Shown: piece by piece, positions 26,981-40,333 of the stretch
How the letters are laid out: each line of letters opens with the position of its first letter
How positions within the stretch are numbered: position 1 is the first letter of the stretch
Translations under genes and position numbers: made by a program
Notes under the pieces: generated by a model
Seen by the model: the letters and a program-made list of their open reading frames with translations, nothing else
What the model was told of the DNA's origin: nothing
Database searches by the model: none
Origin: Candidatus Woesebacteria bacterium RIFCSPHIGHO2_01_FULL_39_32
GTDB lineage: Bacteria > Patescibacteriota > Microgenomatia > UBA8517
NCBI GenBank assembly: GCA_001792345.1
Contig: MGGJ01000013.1
Coordinates: forward strand, 21,371 to 85,370
DNA: 64,000 nt
Direction of reading: 5' to 3'

Positions 26981-28735
26981 TCACAATTTTATTTGTAAAT
27001 TCCAAAAGTGTTTGTATAAACCTTTTTCCTTCGCAAGCAAACTCATATGGGATCCTTTCTCAATAATTCTACCTTTTTCCATCACAATTATTTTATCCGC
27101 CCGCATTGCGGTTGAAAGCCGATGGGCAATAATGATAGTGGTTTTATCCTTGGCAACTTTCCATAATGCTTCCTGAATTAACCTTTCATTTTCGGAATCA
27201 AGTTGACTAGTCGCTTCGTCGAAAATAATAATATCGGGATCGGATAAAACCATGCGGGCAATAGCCAATCTTTGTTTTTGGCCTCCCGACAATTTGATCC
27301 CACGCTCACCAACATGGGTGTTATATTTTTTCGCCAGAGATTCAATAAAATTATGTAAATTTGCGATTTTCGCTGCAGCAATAACCTCCTGCTTGGTAGC
27401 TTTTTCATTTCCATAATTTGTCATCCTGCCATAGGCAATGTTATAGCCGATTGTGTTATTAAATAGCACCGGTTCTTGGGGGACAACACCCATAAAGCTT
27501 CTTAAATGACTTTTTGTAAACTTACGAATATCAATATTATCAATAGTAATAGAACCTCTATCAACGTCATAAAATCGCATTAAAAGCTTTATCAGGGTAG
27601 TTTTCCCCGAACCGGATCTGCCGACGAGGGCGATCGATTGCCCCTGACGGATCGGTAAGCTGATATTCTTAACCGCTTCCTTTTTGCTTTCTGAATAGGT
27701 AAACGAAGTATTTTTGAACTCTATTTCACCGCGAACTTTATCAAGGAATTTGGGAATTTCAGGATCCTTTATTTTGATGTCGTTATCTAAAATACCAAAA
27801 TATTTCTCGATGTCGGAGTAACTTTTTGCAATATCCCTAAAACCCCATACCAACTCATAAAGATGCGGAAAGAAACTTTGTAAAAAAACCGCTACTAAAA
27901 TAAAGTCCCCGAGGGTGAAGAACCCCTTTATGGTCATATTCAAAGCATAAAGTAGTATGGAAAATATACTGAGATTAATAAGCGTCCCCATAGAGATATC
28001 TAAACCCCTATACGTGTAAACGTATTTCCAAACAGCCTTTTTCCAATCAATCTGAATTTCTGAAAGTCTTTTCTGTTCCCACGATTCTTTAACGAAAAGC
28101 TTAACTGTTTCAAAGTTGATCATATTATCAACAACTACCGCAGAGATATCATCTTCAAGCTGATTTACTTTTCTTCTTCTTTCGACATTAAATTTAACGA
28201 AGACGAGCATAATGATAGATGCAATAGTGAATGTAGCAATGGTCAGCAGAAATATCGTTGAGTTTAAGTTTTTGAAAAAATAAAGAAGAACTATAAACCT
28301 AACCAGTACGTCGACTATCCTAAAATGGATAGAAAAGTAAAGGTTCCACATTGCACCTTCACCGCGTTTTATCGCACTTATCAATGAGCCGGAGGATTTT
28401 GACGAATGGAAAGCAAAATCCAAATTGTGGATGTGAGAAAAAACTGTGGCCAGCGTTTTTGCCACAGCTTCAAGGCCAAGAATATCCCCAACCAGAAATT
28501 TAGCGCTACTCAGCATTAATGCTATAAACTGAATTCCGATGTAGAAAAGCAAAATTTTCAGCATTAAGTTGTAATCCATCTTTGGAATCGTATCTACGAA
28601 AAGTTTATAAAAGTACGGCGTTAAACTTTCGACTACCGGAGAAAGGATAATTAAAACAATAAACACAAAGGTCCAACCCCTTTTATTAAAGAAGAATTTG
28701 TAGTAAGTCTTGAGAATTTTTAACAAATCTTGCAT
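26981..28735 (-). CDS. ABC transporter, fused permease/ATPase (exporter, MsbA-like)
   Basis: Six TM segments plus GRSGSGKTT, LSGGQKQRLAIARM and IIFDEATS. Confidence 0.9.
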   Translation of the reverse strand: MQDLLKILKTYYKFFFNKRGWTFVFIVLIILSPVVESLTPYFYKLFVDTIPKMDYNLMLKILLFYIGIQFIALMLSSAKFLVGDILGLEAVAKTLATVFSHIHNLDFAFHSSKSSGSLISAIKRGEGAMWNLYFSIHFRIVDVLVRFIVLLYFFKNLNSTIFLLTIATFTIASIIMLVFVKFNVERRRKVNQLEDDISAVVVDNMINFETVKLFVKESWEQKRLSEIQIDWKKAVWKYVYTYRGLDISMGTLINLSIFSILLYALNMTIKGFFTLGDFILVAVFLQSFFPHLYELVWGFRDIAKSYSDIEKYFGILDNDIKIKDPEIPKFLDKVRGEIEFKNTSFTYSESKKEAVKNISLPIRQGQSIALVGRSGSGKTTLIKLLMRFYDVDRGSITIDNIDIRKFTKSHLRSFMGVVPQEPVLFNNTIGYNIAYGRMTNYGNEKATKQEVIAAAKIANLHNFIESLAKKYNTHVGERGIKLSGGQKQRLAIARMVLSDPDIIIFDEATSQLDSENERLIQEALWKVAKDKTTIIIAHRLSTAMRADKIIVMEKGRIIEKGSHMSLLAKEKGLYKHFWNLQIKL

Positions 28736-28921
28736 TTAGTCGACAAAGAAAAATCCCCTCACGGGGCCTTCTTAACAGGAATATTCGATTATATTACAAA
28801 AAGCATTAGATTTTCTATATTAATTTCCACAGACCGATCAAAGTAACGGGTGTCAATAGGAGTACACCCGACGGGTGGATTTAAGTTCGCACCCGTTAAT
28901 CCGGAAATATCCGGTTGTTAC

Positions 28922-28952
28922 TTGACTTCTCAATCAGCGCTTGCCGTATAAT
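28922..28952 (+). promoter_or_regulatory. promoter-like element (TTGACT ... TATAAT)
   Basis: ttgact at 28922-28927 and tataat at 28947-28952 (19-nt spacer), just upstream of the holB-like start. Confidence 0.35.
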
Positions 28953-28960
28953 GATTGGTC

Positions 28961-31572
<2,612 letters not shown>

Positions 31573-31619
31573 AACAAACCTCTTGCAAAGCCGAAAATAT
31601 TAAAATAAAATATGATTTG

Positions 31620-31642
31620 GACTCAAGAAAAGAGTCTTTTTT
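31620..31642 (+). terminator. putative intrinsic terminator after gyrB
   Basis: gactc-aagaaaa-gagtc followed by a T6 tract. Confidence 0.4.
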
Positions 31643-31656
31643 GTATCAAATAATTT

Positions 31657-33666
31657 ATGGATATTCAATTAATTGCTTTATTTGTTGCCCCTTTAACCTC
31701 GATAGTTGCGCTAGCGTACGGAATTTATCTTAGCCGGCGTGTAATCAAAGAAGATGAAGGTTCAGATAAACTTCGAGAAATTGCAAAAGCCGTTCGCGAG
31801 GGAGCAATGTCGTACCTAAATAAACAATTCAAGGTAGTACTTCCAATTATGCTTCTTTTAGCATTTCTTATTTGGATTACTTTGGGGTTCGGAATTGCCG
31901 TAACATTTTTGCTGGGTGCAATATTTAGCGCCATAATCGGATATTTCGGGATGTGGATTGCGGTACGCGCCAACGTGCGAACCGCAAATGCCGCCCAAAG
32001 CGGACTGAACAAAGCGTTAAGAATTGCTTTTGGGGCGGGAACTGTAAACGGAATGTTGGTTGTAGGCTTAGGACTTCTTGGGGTATCCCTAATTTATATC
32101 TGGTCATATTTTAACTTCATCGCAGAGGGATCTGATGTTGTTGCCAAGCATGCAACTGAGGTTCTAGTTGGATACGGATTTGGTGCTGCGCTTTTGGCAC
32201 TTTTTATGAGAGTCGGAGGAGGAATATTCACAAAAGCAGCCGACGTTGGCGCGGACTTGGTCGGTAAAGTCGAAAAAGGAATTCCCGAAGATGACCCCAG
32301 AAACCCAGCTACAATTGCAGATAATGTCGGAGATAACGTGGGGGATTGCGCGGGAATGGCAGCCGACGTTTTTGAATCTTATGCCTTAACGATCGTCGCT
32401 GCAATGATTTTGGGCGGGCAGCTTTTCGGACTTGCCGGAGTTGTTTTTCCCCTTTTGGCCCGCTCGGGTGCAATATTAACCTCAATCTTAGGAACTTTCT
32501 TCGTCAAAGCGAAAAGCGAAAAAGAAAATCCGATTAATCCATTGATACGCGGCTTCATCATTTCTGCGATTTCGGCAGTAGTAATATTTATGCTACTTTC
32601 TACATACCTTTTGAAAGAACCAAGGGCCGGTTATGCCGCAATCACAGGAATATTTTCTATGCTTGCACTTTTGTACGTCACGAAATACTACACAGGTCCG
32701 GGAGAAAAACCCGTTGTTGCTATTGCCAAAGCTTCTCAAACGGGTGCGGGAACCAACTTAATAAGTGGAATGGCGTATGGTATGGAATCGACTTTTGTTT
32801 CAGTACTCATAATTGTTGCAACAATTCTTGTCGGTTATCTTTTCCTGGACTTTTACGGAATCGCACTCGCCGGGATGGGAATGCTGGCAACAACAGGAAT
32901 TATTATGGCTTTGGATACCTTTGGTCCAATTTCAGATAACGCGCAGGGAATGGTTGAGATGGCGGGTTTAAAAGGAAAGGCCGAAGAGGTTACTTCAGGA
33001 CTGGATGCAGTCGGAAATACGACTAAAGCTTTAACTAAAGGATTTGCAGTAGGAAGCGCGGCTGTAGCCGCATCAAGCCTTTTTGCAACATACTTTGAAG
33101 CAACCGGTTTAACTGCTATTAATATCGCGCTCCCTAAAGTTTTTATTGGGCTGCTTTTGGGAACAGCGCTACCATTTTTATTTTCTTCAAGACTTGTAGG
33201 CTCCGTAGGAAGAGCTGCATTTCAAGTTGTTGAAGAAGTTAGGCGTCAATTCAGAGAAATTAAAGGAATTATGCAAGGCCGCGCTAAACCAAACTATTCC
33301 AGGGCCGTTGCAATAGTCACTGCCGCCGCCCAAAAAGAACTTGTAATTCCAGCTGCAATTGTTGTTTTTATGCCTATCATGGTCGGATTTTTGGGCGCAG
33401 AACCATTGGGAGGATTTTTAGGGGGAGTTGTAGCATCGGGTCTCACGCTTGCTTTTTATATGTGTAATACAGGAGGAGCCTGGGATAATGCTAAAAAATA
33501 TATTGAGGACGGAAATCTGGGAGGAAAGGGAAGTGACACCCACAAGGCAGCAGTCGTAGGCGACACGGTTGGAGACCCCCTGAAAGATACGTCCGGTCCG
33601 GCACTTAATCCAATGATGAAAATTGTTCAAATCGTTGCTCTTCTTCTGGCACCGTTTTTGATTTGA
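31657..33666 (+). CDS. hppA: membrane-bound H+/Na+-translocating pyrophosphatase
   Basis: DNVGDNVGDCAGMAAD, GDTVGDPLKDT. Polytopic membrane protein. Confidence 0.9.
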   Translation: MDIQLIALFVAPLTSIVALAYGIYLSRRVIKEDEGSDKLREIAKAVREGAMSYLNKQFKVVLPIMLLLAFLIWITLGFGIAVTFLLGAIFSAIIGYFGMWIAVRANVRTANAAQSGLNKALRIAFGAGTVNGMLVVGLGLLGVSLIYIWSYFNFIAEGSDVVAKHATEVLVGYGFGAALLALFMRVGGGIFTKAADVGADLVGKVEKGIPEDDPRNPATIADNVGDNVGDCAGMAADVFESYALTIVAAMILGGQLFGLAGVVFPLLARSGAILTSILGTFFVKAKSEKENPINPLIRGFIISAISAVVIFMLLSTYLLKEPRAGYAAITGIFSMLALLYVTKYYTGPGEKPVVAIAKASQTGAGTNLISGMAYGMESTFVSVLIIVATILVGYLFLDFYGIALAGMGMLATTGIIMALDTFGPISDNAQGMVEMAGLKGKAEEVTSGLDAVGNTTKALTKGFAVGSAAVAASSLFATYFEATGLTAINIALPKVFIGLLLGTALPFLFSSRLVGSVGRAAFQVVEEVRRQFREIKGIMQGRAKPNYSRAVAIVTAAAQKELVIPAAIVVFMPIMVGFLGAEPLGGFLGGVVASGLTLAFYMCNTGGAWDNAKKYIEDGNLGGKGSDTHKAAVVGDTVGDPLKDTSGPALNPMMKIVQIVALLLAPFLI

Positions 33667-33723
33667 AAACCTAAAATAAGTATTCCGCTATCTTTCTAAA
33701 ACTGCTACACTGATATTTAATTT

Positions 33724-33831
33724 ATGAAACGAGCAGGAGACTTCAAACCTTTTTTGATAATTATCGCGGGTGCTATCTTGGTATTCGGAATTATTATTAT
33801 CAAATCTTTAATTTCCATCCTGTCACATTAG
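33724..33831 (+). CDS. small hydrophobic peptide (35 aa), hypothetical
   Basis: MKRAGDFKPFLIIIAGAILVFGIIIIKSLISILSH has a single TM helix. Sits in an otherwise empty spacer. Not in the ORF track. Confidence 0.25.
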   Translation: MKRAGDFKPFLIIIAGAILVFGIIIIKSLISILSH

Positions 33832-33900
33832 TCAAACTTTTAAAACTTCTATTACTTAGGTTACAGAGAAATAGTTTGGGTACATTCGTTTGAGTCATTT

Positions 33901-34446
33901 TTATCCTACAGGAGAATAATTAATTTTTTTAGACTTACCTCCTAATTTCAGCGTACCTAATTTTTTATCATCCCAATTGTAAATTTTATCTTTCCAGTTT
34001 TTATTCGACTCATAGGAAGCAACAACTTCGCCAAGAAAAAGAACATGATCCATCGCATCATATTCCTCAGCAACTTTGCATTCAAAACATGCAATAGAAT
34101 TATCAATTAATGGTGGTTTAATGTGCTTTGATTGAATGAATTTTAATTTTATATTCTTTGTTTTATCGATTTTCCAACCGTGAACAGAGCCACAATATAA
34201 CACGTCTTCAACTTGCTCAAAAGAAGGAAGACATAAAACAAACTCTTTTGTATCTTTCAAAACTGAAGTTGTATAGTGGGTTTTATAAACGCTTATTACC
34301 CACGCTTTTGGTTCCCAACTCGCTAACGTAAAAAATCCGACGGGACACAGGTCTACTTTTCCCGTTTTATTTTTAGTAATAATTAAAGCAACCGCTTCAG
34401 GAAATCTGTATTTTACCACTCCTTCAATATCGTTATTTTTTAGCAT
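33901..34446 (-). CDS. flavin reductase-like (FMN-binding split-barrel) protein
   Basis: PEAVALIITKN..DLCPVGFFTLASWEPKAWVISV pattern. Confidence 0.45.
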   Translation of the reverse strand: MLKNNDIEGVVKYRFPEAVALIITKNKTGKVDLCPVGFFTLASWEPKAWVISVYKTHYTTSVLKDTKEFVLCLPSFEQVEDVLYCGSVHGWKIDKTKNIKLKFIQSKHIKPPLIDNSIACFECKVAEEYDAMDHVLFLGEVVASYESNKNWKDKIYNWDDKKLGTLKLGGKSKKINYSPVG

Positions 34447-34526
34447 TAAGGTAAATGTAGTTCAAATGTTATCTTTTATCAATAATCTACCATGTTTTAT
34501 TTATCTTTTGGTACAATTAAAAGGAT

Positions 34527-34724
34527 ATGGATAAAAAGAATAAACTTAAAGAACTTAAGGAAAAACTTGCGCACTATGAAGAAAAATTAGCACGAGAGAT
34601 GATAGGGTATAGGGGGGTCAAGCACGAATCCGCCGTATCGGAAATTAAACATGATAAAGTCATGGTACTTCGCGACGTGGTTAACAACCTTAAAGAAGAA
34701 ATCCACAATTTGGAAAAAACTTGA
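34527..34724 (+). CDS. hypothetical coiled-coil protein
   Basis: 65 aa, charged and helical. Confidence 0.3.
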   Translation: MDKKNKLKELKEKLAHYEEKLAREMIGYRGVKHESAVSEIKHDKVMVLRDVVNNLKEEIHNLEKT

Positions 34725-34926
34725 TCAAAATCCGATATTGCAACGTAATCAATCTCCGAAATTGTTTAGCTTTGAATATCGGAAAATGGCAGGCAGATTT
34801 TGCTAAATAAACTTGCTTTTTGACCGAATTTATTGTATATTACCCATCATCACCAAATAACTTCAAGCCTGCTTCAGGATCTCATGTCATCTCTCTAATT
34901 TTTAAAACACTTTAAAAATTTGACAG

Positions 34927-35760
34927 GTGGCTAATATGAGAAACAACCTTAAACACTTCTTAATAGGAGCACTGATTGCGGCAGTGCCAATGTCCTATGT
35001 CGTATACAACAATATACCTCATAAACCTGCTGTAACTATGATTAAAACTCCTCAAAATACCCTTAGAGCGGAGGAATTTTTGTGGAGTTCGAAGCTCAGT
35101 TCACCTAAAAAGGCAGTCAAATTATCCTCAGTGAATCTTAATATTCAAGTTTCAGCTTGGACATTTACAAATACTTTAGACCAAGTAAATATGCCTATCG
35201 AAACTCCAACTCCCACGAGTGAAGCCTCCCCAAGCACGGAGCCCTGGGACATCTTTTCTAAAGATACGCCTTCGGCGAAGGCTTCTAGCCTAGGCTCATC
35301 CATCCCCGAGTACAGAGACTCGGGGAATTCTGAATCTGTTCTTAAACCAACGCTTGCACCCAAACCGACAAGGAAACCGGAACCTAAACCTCAAAGTCAG
35401 ACGGAAGCGTACGTTATTCAATCTCAACCCGCCCCTTCCGACGTTGATACGCTAATAGAGATGTACGCAACGGAATACGGAGTTAATAAAGATATGATGG
35501 TTCACATCGCGAAATGCGAATCCGGATTCAGAAGTAATGCAGTAAATGGCCCTTATGCAGGAATTTACCAATTTGTGGCCTCAACATGGTCTTCAAACAG
35601 GCGTGCAATGGGATTAGACCCAGATCCAACTCTTCGATATAATCTTGAGGAAGCGGTAAAAACCGCTGCCTTTAAAATGTCTCGTGATGGATATGGAGCA
35701 TGGCCGGTTTGCCAAAATAAAGCTAGACGACTTCTTGGTTTAAATTCCCAAGGTATATAA
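34927..35760 (+). CDS. secreted transglycosylase-like (Rpf/Transglycosylas domain) protein
   Basis: N-terminal TM helix, P/T/S-rich linker, then AKCESGFRSNAVNGPYAGIYQFVASTWSS. Confidence 0.6.
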   Translation: MANMRNNLKHFLIGALIAAVPMSYVVYNNIPHKPAVTMIKTPQNTLRAEEFLWSSKLSSPKKAVKLSSVNLNIQVSAWTFTNTLDQVNMPIETPTPTSEASPSTEPWDIFSKDTPSAKASSLGSSIPEYRDSGNSESVLKPTLAPKPTRKPEPKPQSQTEAYVIQSQPAPSDVDTLIEMYATEYGVNKDMMVHIAKCESGFRSNAVNGPYAGIYQFVASTWSSNRRAMGLDPDPTLRYNLEEAVKTAAFKMSRDGYGAWPVCQNKARRLLGLNSQGI

Positions 35761-35778
35761 TCTTCCTAGAGCAATACA

Positions 35779-36522
35779 ATGATTCTAAGTGACCTTAAAC
35801 AAGAACTTCAATCGTTTGCGTCAAAGGGAAAGGCAGAATTTCTTCCGAGATTTTTTAAGGCGGGACCAGGCGGATATGCAGAAGGGGATAGATTTATAGG
35901 GGTAACAGTCCCGAATTGCCGTAAGGTTGCAAAAAAATACAATGATTTGCACTTAACTGAAATTCAAAAACTCCTGAGATCTAAGATTCACGAGGAAAGA
36001 CTAGTTGCGCTTTTGATTCTTGTTGAACAATTCAAAAAGGGAGACATGAAGTTAAAAGAAAAAATCTACAATTTTTATCTCAAAAATACAAAATATATTA
36101 ACAATTGGGACTTAGTTGATTTATCGGCAGACAAAATAGTAGGGAAGTATCTATATAACAATTCGAATTGTGCAACAACCTTTAAAGAGTTGCCCCCTAA
36201 AGGTACGGAGATTCTTAAATATTTGGCTAATTCGGAAAATCTCTGGGAAAGAAGAATCGCGATAATTTCTACATTCAACTTTATTAAAAGACATCGCTTT
36301 AAAGAAACTTTGGAAATTTCAAAAATACTACTAACCGATAAACATGATCTGATTCATAAAGCTGTCGGTTGGATGCTCAGGGAAGTAGGCAAGAGATCTC
36401 AGTGGAACCTTGAAAGTTTTTTAAAAAGACATTATAAACACATGCCTCGTACCATGCTTCGCTACGCGATCGAGCGACTCCCCGAGGAAAAAAGGCAAAC
36501 GTATCTTAATGGTTTGATCTAA
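35779..36522 (+). CDS. DNA alkylation repair protein (AlkD/HEAT-like repeat family)
   Basis: FFKAGPGGYAEGDRFIGVTVPNCRKVAKK N-terminal signature. Confidence 0.65.
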   Translation: MILSDLKQELQSFASKGKAEFLPRFFKAGPGGYAEGDRFIGVTVPNCRKVAKKYNDLHLTEIQKLLRSKIHEERLVALLILVEQFKKGDMKLKEKIYNFYLKNTKYINNWDLVDLSADKIVGKYLYNNSNCATTFKELPPKGTEILKYLANSENLWERRIAIISTFNFIKRHRFKETLEISKILLTDKHDLIHKAVGWMLREVGKRSQWNLESFLKRHYKHMPRTMLRYAIERLPEEKRQTYLNGLI

Positions 36523-36650
36523 GTTACAACCGATCTTGAATAATATCCTTCATAAAGAGCATTTCTCTGTGACGAAAAGTAAATAAAATTACCGTATTTT
36601 CGGTATAATCTTCTTCTTGCCTTAGTATATAAGACAAGATAGAATAGGTA

Positions 36651-36673
36651 TAGGCTTCGAGCCTGCTTTTTTT
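36651..36673 (+). terminator. weak hairpin plus T7 tract before gyrA
   Basis: aggc-ttcga-gcct, then gc, then ttttttt. A TATAAT lies at 36604-36609. Confidence 0.35.
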
Positions 36674-36687
36674 GTCCACAAAAATTT

Positions 36688-39318
36688 ATGGAAATAGGTA
36701 AAGTACAACCCGCAAACATTATTGAGGAAATGCAAAAATCCTACTTGGACTATGCAATGAGTGTTATAGTTGCACGAGCTCTTCCTGATGTCCGAGATGG
36801 TCTGAAACCTGTGCATAGAAGAATTCTTTACGCGATGCACCAAATGGGTCTGACACACACTTCGGCTTTTACTAAAAGTGCAAAAGTGGTAGGAGAGGTC
36901 CTCGGGAAATACCACCCTCACGGTGATATGGCAGTTTACGACTCACTTGTCAGAATGGCGCAAACATTTTCGCTTCGTTATCCATTAATTAAAGGCCAGG
37001 GAAATTTTGGTTCCGTTGACGGAGATCCTCCAGCAGCGATGCGTTACACCGAAGTTAAACTTTCTTCAATCTCCGACTTCGTACTTGCCGATATCGAAAA
37101 AGAAACGGTTGATTTTCTGGATAACTTCGATGCCACACTAAAGGAGCCAGTATATTTACCTTCTCTTTTGCCAAATCTACTTCTCATGGGTTCCGAGGGT
37201 ATTGCGGTTGGAATGGCCACGAAAATTCCCCCTCACAATTTATCAGAGGTCATAGACGCAATCGTGGTCACAATCAAAAAAGGTAAAGTCACTTTTGAAC
37301 AAAAGGCTCAAAAAGATGAAGCTGAATTTGTCATCAAAAAGATTAATCTCTTGGCCTCGGGAGCTGAAGCTAAAACAGTAAACGGTGAACTAAAGCCATC
37401 CCAAGTGGGTTTTGAAAGTGATATTACAATTGAAGAGCTTGTTGAAATAATCCCAGGACCAGATTTTCCAACTGGAGGAGCAATCTATGATGCAAAATCC
37501 CTTGCAGATGTATATGCAACAGGAAGGGGAAGAATTCTGGTTCGGGGAATTGCCGAAATAAAAGAAGGAAGCAAAGGCCGTCAGCAAATTATCATTTCGG
37601 AAATTCCGTATCAAGTTAATAAAGCCAATCTCGTCAAAAAAGTTGCTGATCTAGTAAGGGAGAAAAAAATAGTCGGCATAGCGGATCTGCGGGATGAATC
37701 CGACAAAGACGGTATGCGAGTAGTAATTGATTTAAAGCGTGACGCACGCCCAAAGAGTGTTCTTAATAATCTTTTCAAACATACCCAGCTTCAAACTACT
37801 TTTCCTGCAAATTTTGTCGCACTCGTTGACGGAACACCATATACATTAAATCTCAAACAAATCGTCATCGAGTATATAAAACACCGCCAAAGAGTCGTCA
37901 CTCGAAGAACAATTTTTGAACTTACTGCCGCTAAGCGCCGCGCTCACATTTTGGAAGGATTGAAAATCGCGCTTGATAATTTGGACGAAGTTATCGCAAC
38001 CATCCGTAAAAGTAGAACCCAAGAAGATGCAAAGAGTAATTTGATAAAAAAATTCGGCCTAACCGATATACAGGCAACGGCAATTTTGGATATGCAGTTA
38101 AGGCGCCTTGCTGCACTCGAGCGGGAAAAAATTGAAAAAGAATACGAAGAAGTTAAAAAGCTTATTGATTCTCTCACTGCAATTTTGAAGGATCCCAGCA
38201 AAGTCCTCGAAATTATTGTAAAAGAATTAAGCGATCTCAAGGCTAAATTTGGCGATGCCAGAAAAACAAAAATTTATAAACAAAATATAGGAGAGTTTTC
38301 CGAAGAGGATCTTATTCCCAAAGAAGAAACCCTAATTACACTTACAAAAACCGGCTATGTTAAACGCGTTCCAAGAACTACATATCGAGCACAGCGTCGA
38401 GGAGGAAAGGGTGTAACTGGTATGACCACAAAAGAAGAAGACGAGATCGAGCAAATTATTGCAGCCACAACGCACGACATGCTTTTGTTTTTCACCAACA
38501 CAGGGAAAGTCTTCGGAACAAAGGTCTGGGAAATTCCCGAGTCTTCAAGACAATCCAAAGGTCAGGCTGTAGTAAATTTAATCCAAATTGATCAAAACGA
38601 GAAAATAATGTCAATCCTACCTTTATCTGCAGAGGGAAAAAATATATTGATGGCGACAGAAAAGGGCATTGTCAAAAAAACTCCTACTTCAGAATACAAA
38701 AACTTGAGGGCATCTGGTTTAATTGCGATTCGCCTTGATCCTGACGATTCACTTATGGGCGTTCACCAAACATCGGGGGATGATCATGTACTTTTGGTCT
38801 CTCGAAACGGCAAGGCTATCCGATTCCCGGAAGCAAATACAAGACCAATGGGTCGGGCAACAAGCGGAATGAGAGGAATAAAACTCGAAAGCGGTGACGC
38901 AGTGATTGGAATGGAAATATTCCCAGGAAGGCAGGTAACTCCCAAAGATAAACGCAGGAAGTTTTTTAAAGATATTCTGACAATTTCCGAAAACGGCCTT
39001 GGTAAAAGAACACCAATTCACCTTTTTCCAGTACAAAAAAGGGCGGGAAAGGGAGTTAAGGCTTCCGTCGTAAATGCAAAAACGGGTAAACTTACAGCCG
39101 CGTCGATGGTCACAAATGAGACTGATCAGATAGTAATTACTTCAAAAACAGGGCAAGTTATTAAGCTTCCCTTAAAAAATATTCCTCACTTAGGACGCGC
39201 TACACAAGGAGTTATCTTAATGAGATTTGCCAAAAAAGGCGATGCCGTCGCCGCCGTAGCGCCTCTTAACAAAAACGGGGATGAGGAAGAAGGCGAAGGA
39301 ACCTCAACAGCTGGTTGA
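36688..39318 (+). CDS. gyrA: DNA gyrase subunit A
   Basis: [28 protein letters not shown] and a C-terminal beta-pinwheel. 876 aa. Confidence 0.95.
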   Translation: MEIGKVQPANIIEEMQKSYLDYAMSVIVARALPDVRDGLKPVHRRILYAMHQMGLTHTSAFTKSAKVVGEVLGKYHPHGDMAVYDSLVRMAQTFSLRYPLIKGQGNFGSVDGDPPAAMRYTEVKLSSISDFVLADIEKETVDFLDNFDATLKEPVYLPSLLPNLLLMGSEGIAVGMATKIPPHNLSEVIDAIVVTIKKGKVTFEQKAQKDEAEFVIKKINLLASGAEAKTVNGELKPSQVGFESDITIEELVEIIPGPDFPTGGAIYDAKSLADVYATGRGRILVRGIAEIKEGSKGRQQIIISEIPYQVNKANLVKKVADLVREKKIVGIADLRDESDKDGMRVVIDLKRDARPKSVLNNLFKHTQLQTTFPANFVALVDGTPYTLNLKQIVIEYIKHRQRVVTRRTIFELTAAKRRAHILEGLKIALDNLDEVIATIRKSRTQEDAKSNLIKKFGLTDIQATAILDMQLRRLAALEREKIEKEYEEVKKLIDSLTAILKDPSKVLEIIVKELSDLKAKFGDARKTKIYKQNIGEFSEEDLIPKEETLITLTKTGYVKRVPRTTYRAQRRGGKGVTGMTTKEEDEIEQIIAATTHDMLLFFTNTGKVFGTKVWEIPESSRQSKGQAVVNLIQIDQNEKIMSILPLSAEGKNILMATEKGIVKKTPTSEYKNLRASGLIAIRLDPDDSLMGVHQTSGDDHVLLVSRNGKAIRFPEANTRPMGRATSGMRGIKLESGDAVIGMEIFPGRQVTPKDKRRKFFKDILTISENGLGKRTPIHLFPVQKRAGKGVKASVVNAKTGKLTAASMVTNETDQIVITSKTGQVIKLPLKNIPHLGRATQGVILMRFAKKGDAVAAVAPLNKNGDEEEGEGTSTAG

Positions 39319-39345
39319 TAAAAAACTTCTGACATAATAGAATGC

Positions 39346-39840
39346 TTGCAGTTTATTATGTCTACTCGATTAGAATTTGGTACGCAAGAAATTTCTCTCG
39401 AAGCTTATTTAGAACGAGCTGATCCGCATATACTAAACGACCACGACGCTTTATCTAGTCTCATTACACATTTAGATCCTAGAATTATGATCCCTTTTGA
39501 GTCGCTATCGGAAAGATTAATGCCACTTAGAAGAGAAGATTTGGTTGATTTGCGTGTGTTAGCATTCATAAAACCCATGGAGTCAATAGAAACCATAAGG
39601 TTTAACTTTCCACATTCAACGCATGAAGACCACGATTGGTGGGAAGCAATTGGAGATCCCATAAAAACAGTGGAATTACTAAGATTAAACTTAGATCCAA
39701 CAACAGTTGGATTGCAAAATTGGAAACTCTTACTTTTAAGAAGAACTCCTGCAGAACAACCGGGAGATGATTGGGAATTTAGTTTCGGATGGGTCAATAA
39801 AGAAGAGTTAGAAAGATTAAGAGAGATCGCTAAGCTATAA
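39346..39840 (+). CDS. hypothetical protein
   Basis: 164-aa ORF with no motif. Confidence 0.3.
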   Translation: MQFIMSTRLEFGTQEISLEAYLERADPHILNDHDALSSLITHLDPRIMIPFESLSERLMPLRREDLVDLRVLAFIKPMESIETIRFNFPHSTHEDHDWWEAIGDPIKTVELLRLNLDPTTVGLQNWKLLLLRRTPAEQPGDDWEFSFGWVNKEELERLREIAKL

Positions 39841-40333
39841 ACTTTTGAAAGTCTTCAGGATAGGGGTAATTATGATCGGAACGGGGTTTGGAAATGACTT
39901 TCAATTTCGGTTCAACAGAGTGGTAGAATTTTTCGGCTTCAGCATAAGGAACAAATTTATCGTTTTCATTTTGAATACAAAGAATATTTTCAACCGGAAT
40001 TTTTGCTAGGGTGGATTCAACTAATGCATATCTATCTTCTGCAACTACACTTGCGATACCACAAAGGATTACTTTATTTACTTGTGAAGATATTTTTGGA
40101 ATGAGGTTTAGCGCAACAAAAACTCCAACCGATTTTGCAATAATATTTATCTCATCATCAGCGATTTCTCCCAAAATCTTTTCAAGCTCGGATTTAAGGG
40201 ACAAACTTCCGCCTTCCAACCAATGACGCCAGTTATGAACAATTACTTCATGACCAACATTCATCTGACTTGCAATCTCTTCCGCCCATTCACGATTGTG
40301 TTCCGATAATCCCGGCAAAATTACCGTCTTCAT
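39830..40333 (-). CDS. hypothetical protein (possible small alpha/beta-hydrolase, YdeN/RBBP9-like)
   Basis: 167 aa. Weak resemblance only. Confidence 0.3.
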   Translation of the reverse strand: MKTVILPGLSEHNREWAEEIASQMNVGHEVIVHNWRHWLEGGSLSLKSELEKILGEIADDEINIIAKSVGVFVALNLIPKISSQVNKVILCGIASVVAEDRYALVESTLAKIPVENILCIQNENDKFVPYAEAEKFYHSVEPKLKVISKPRSDHNYPYPEDFQKFIA

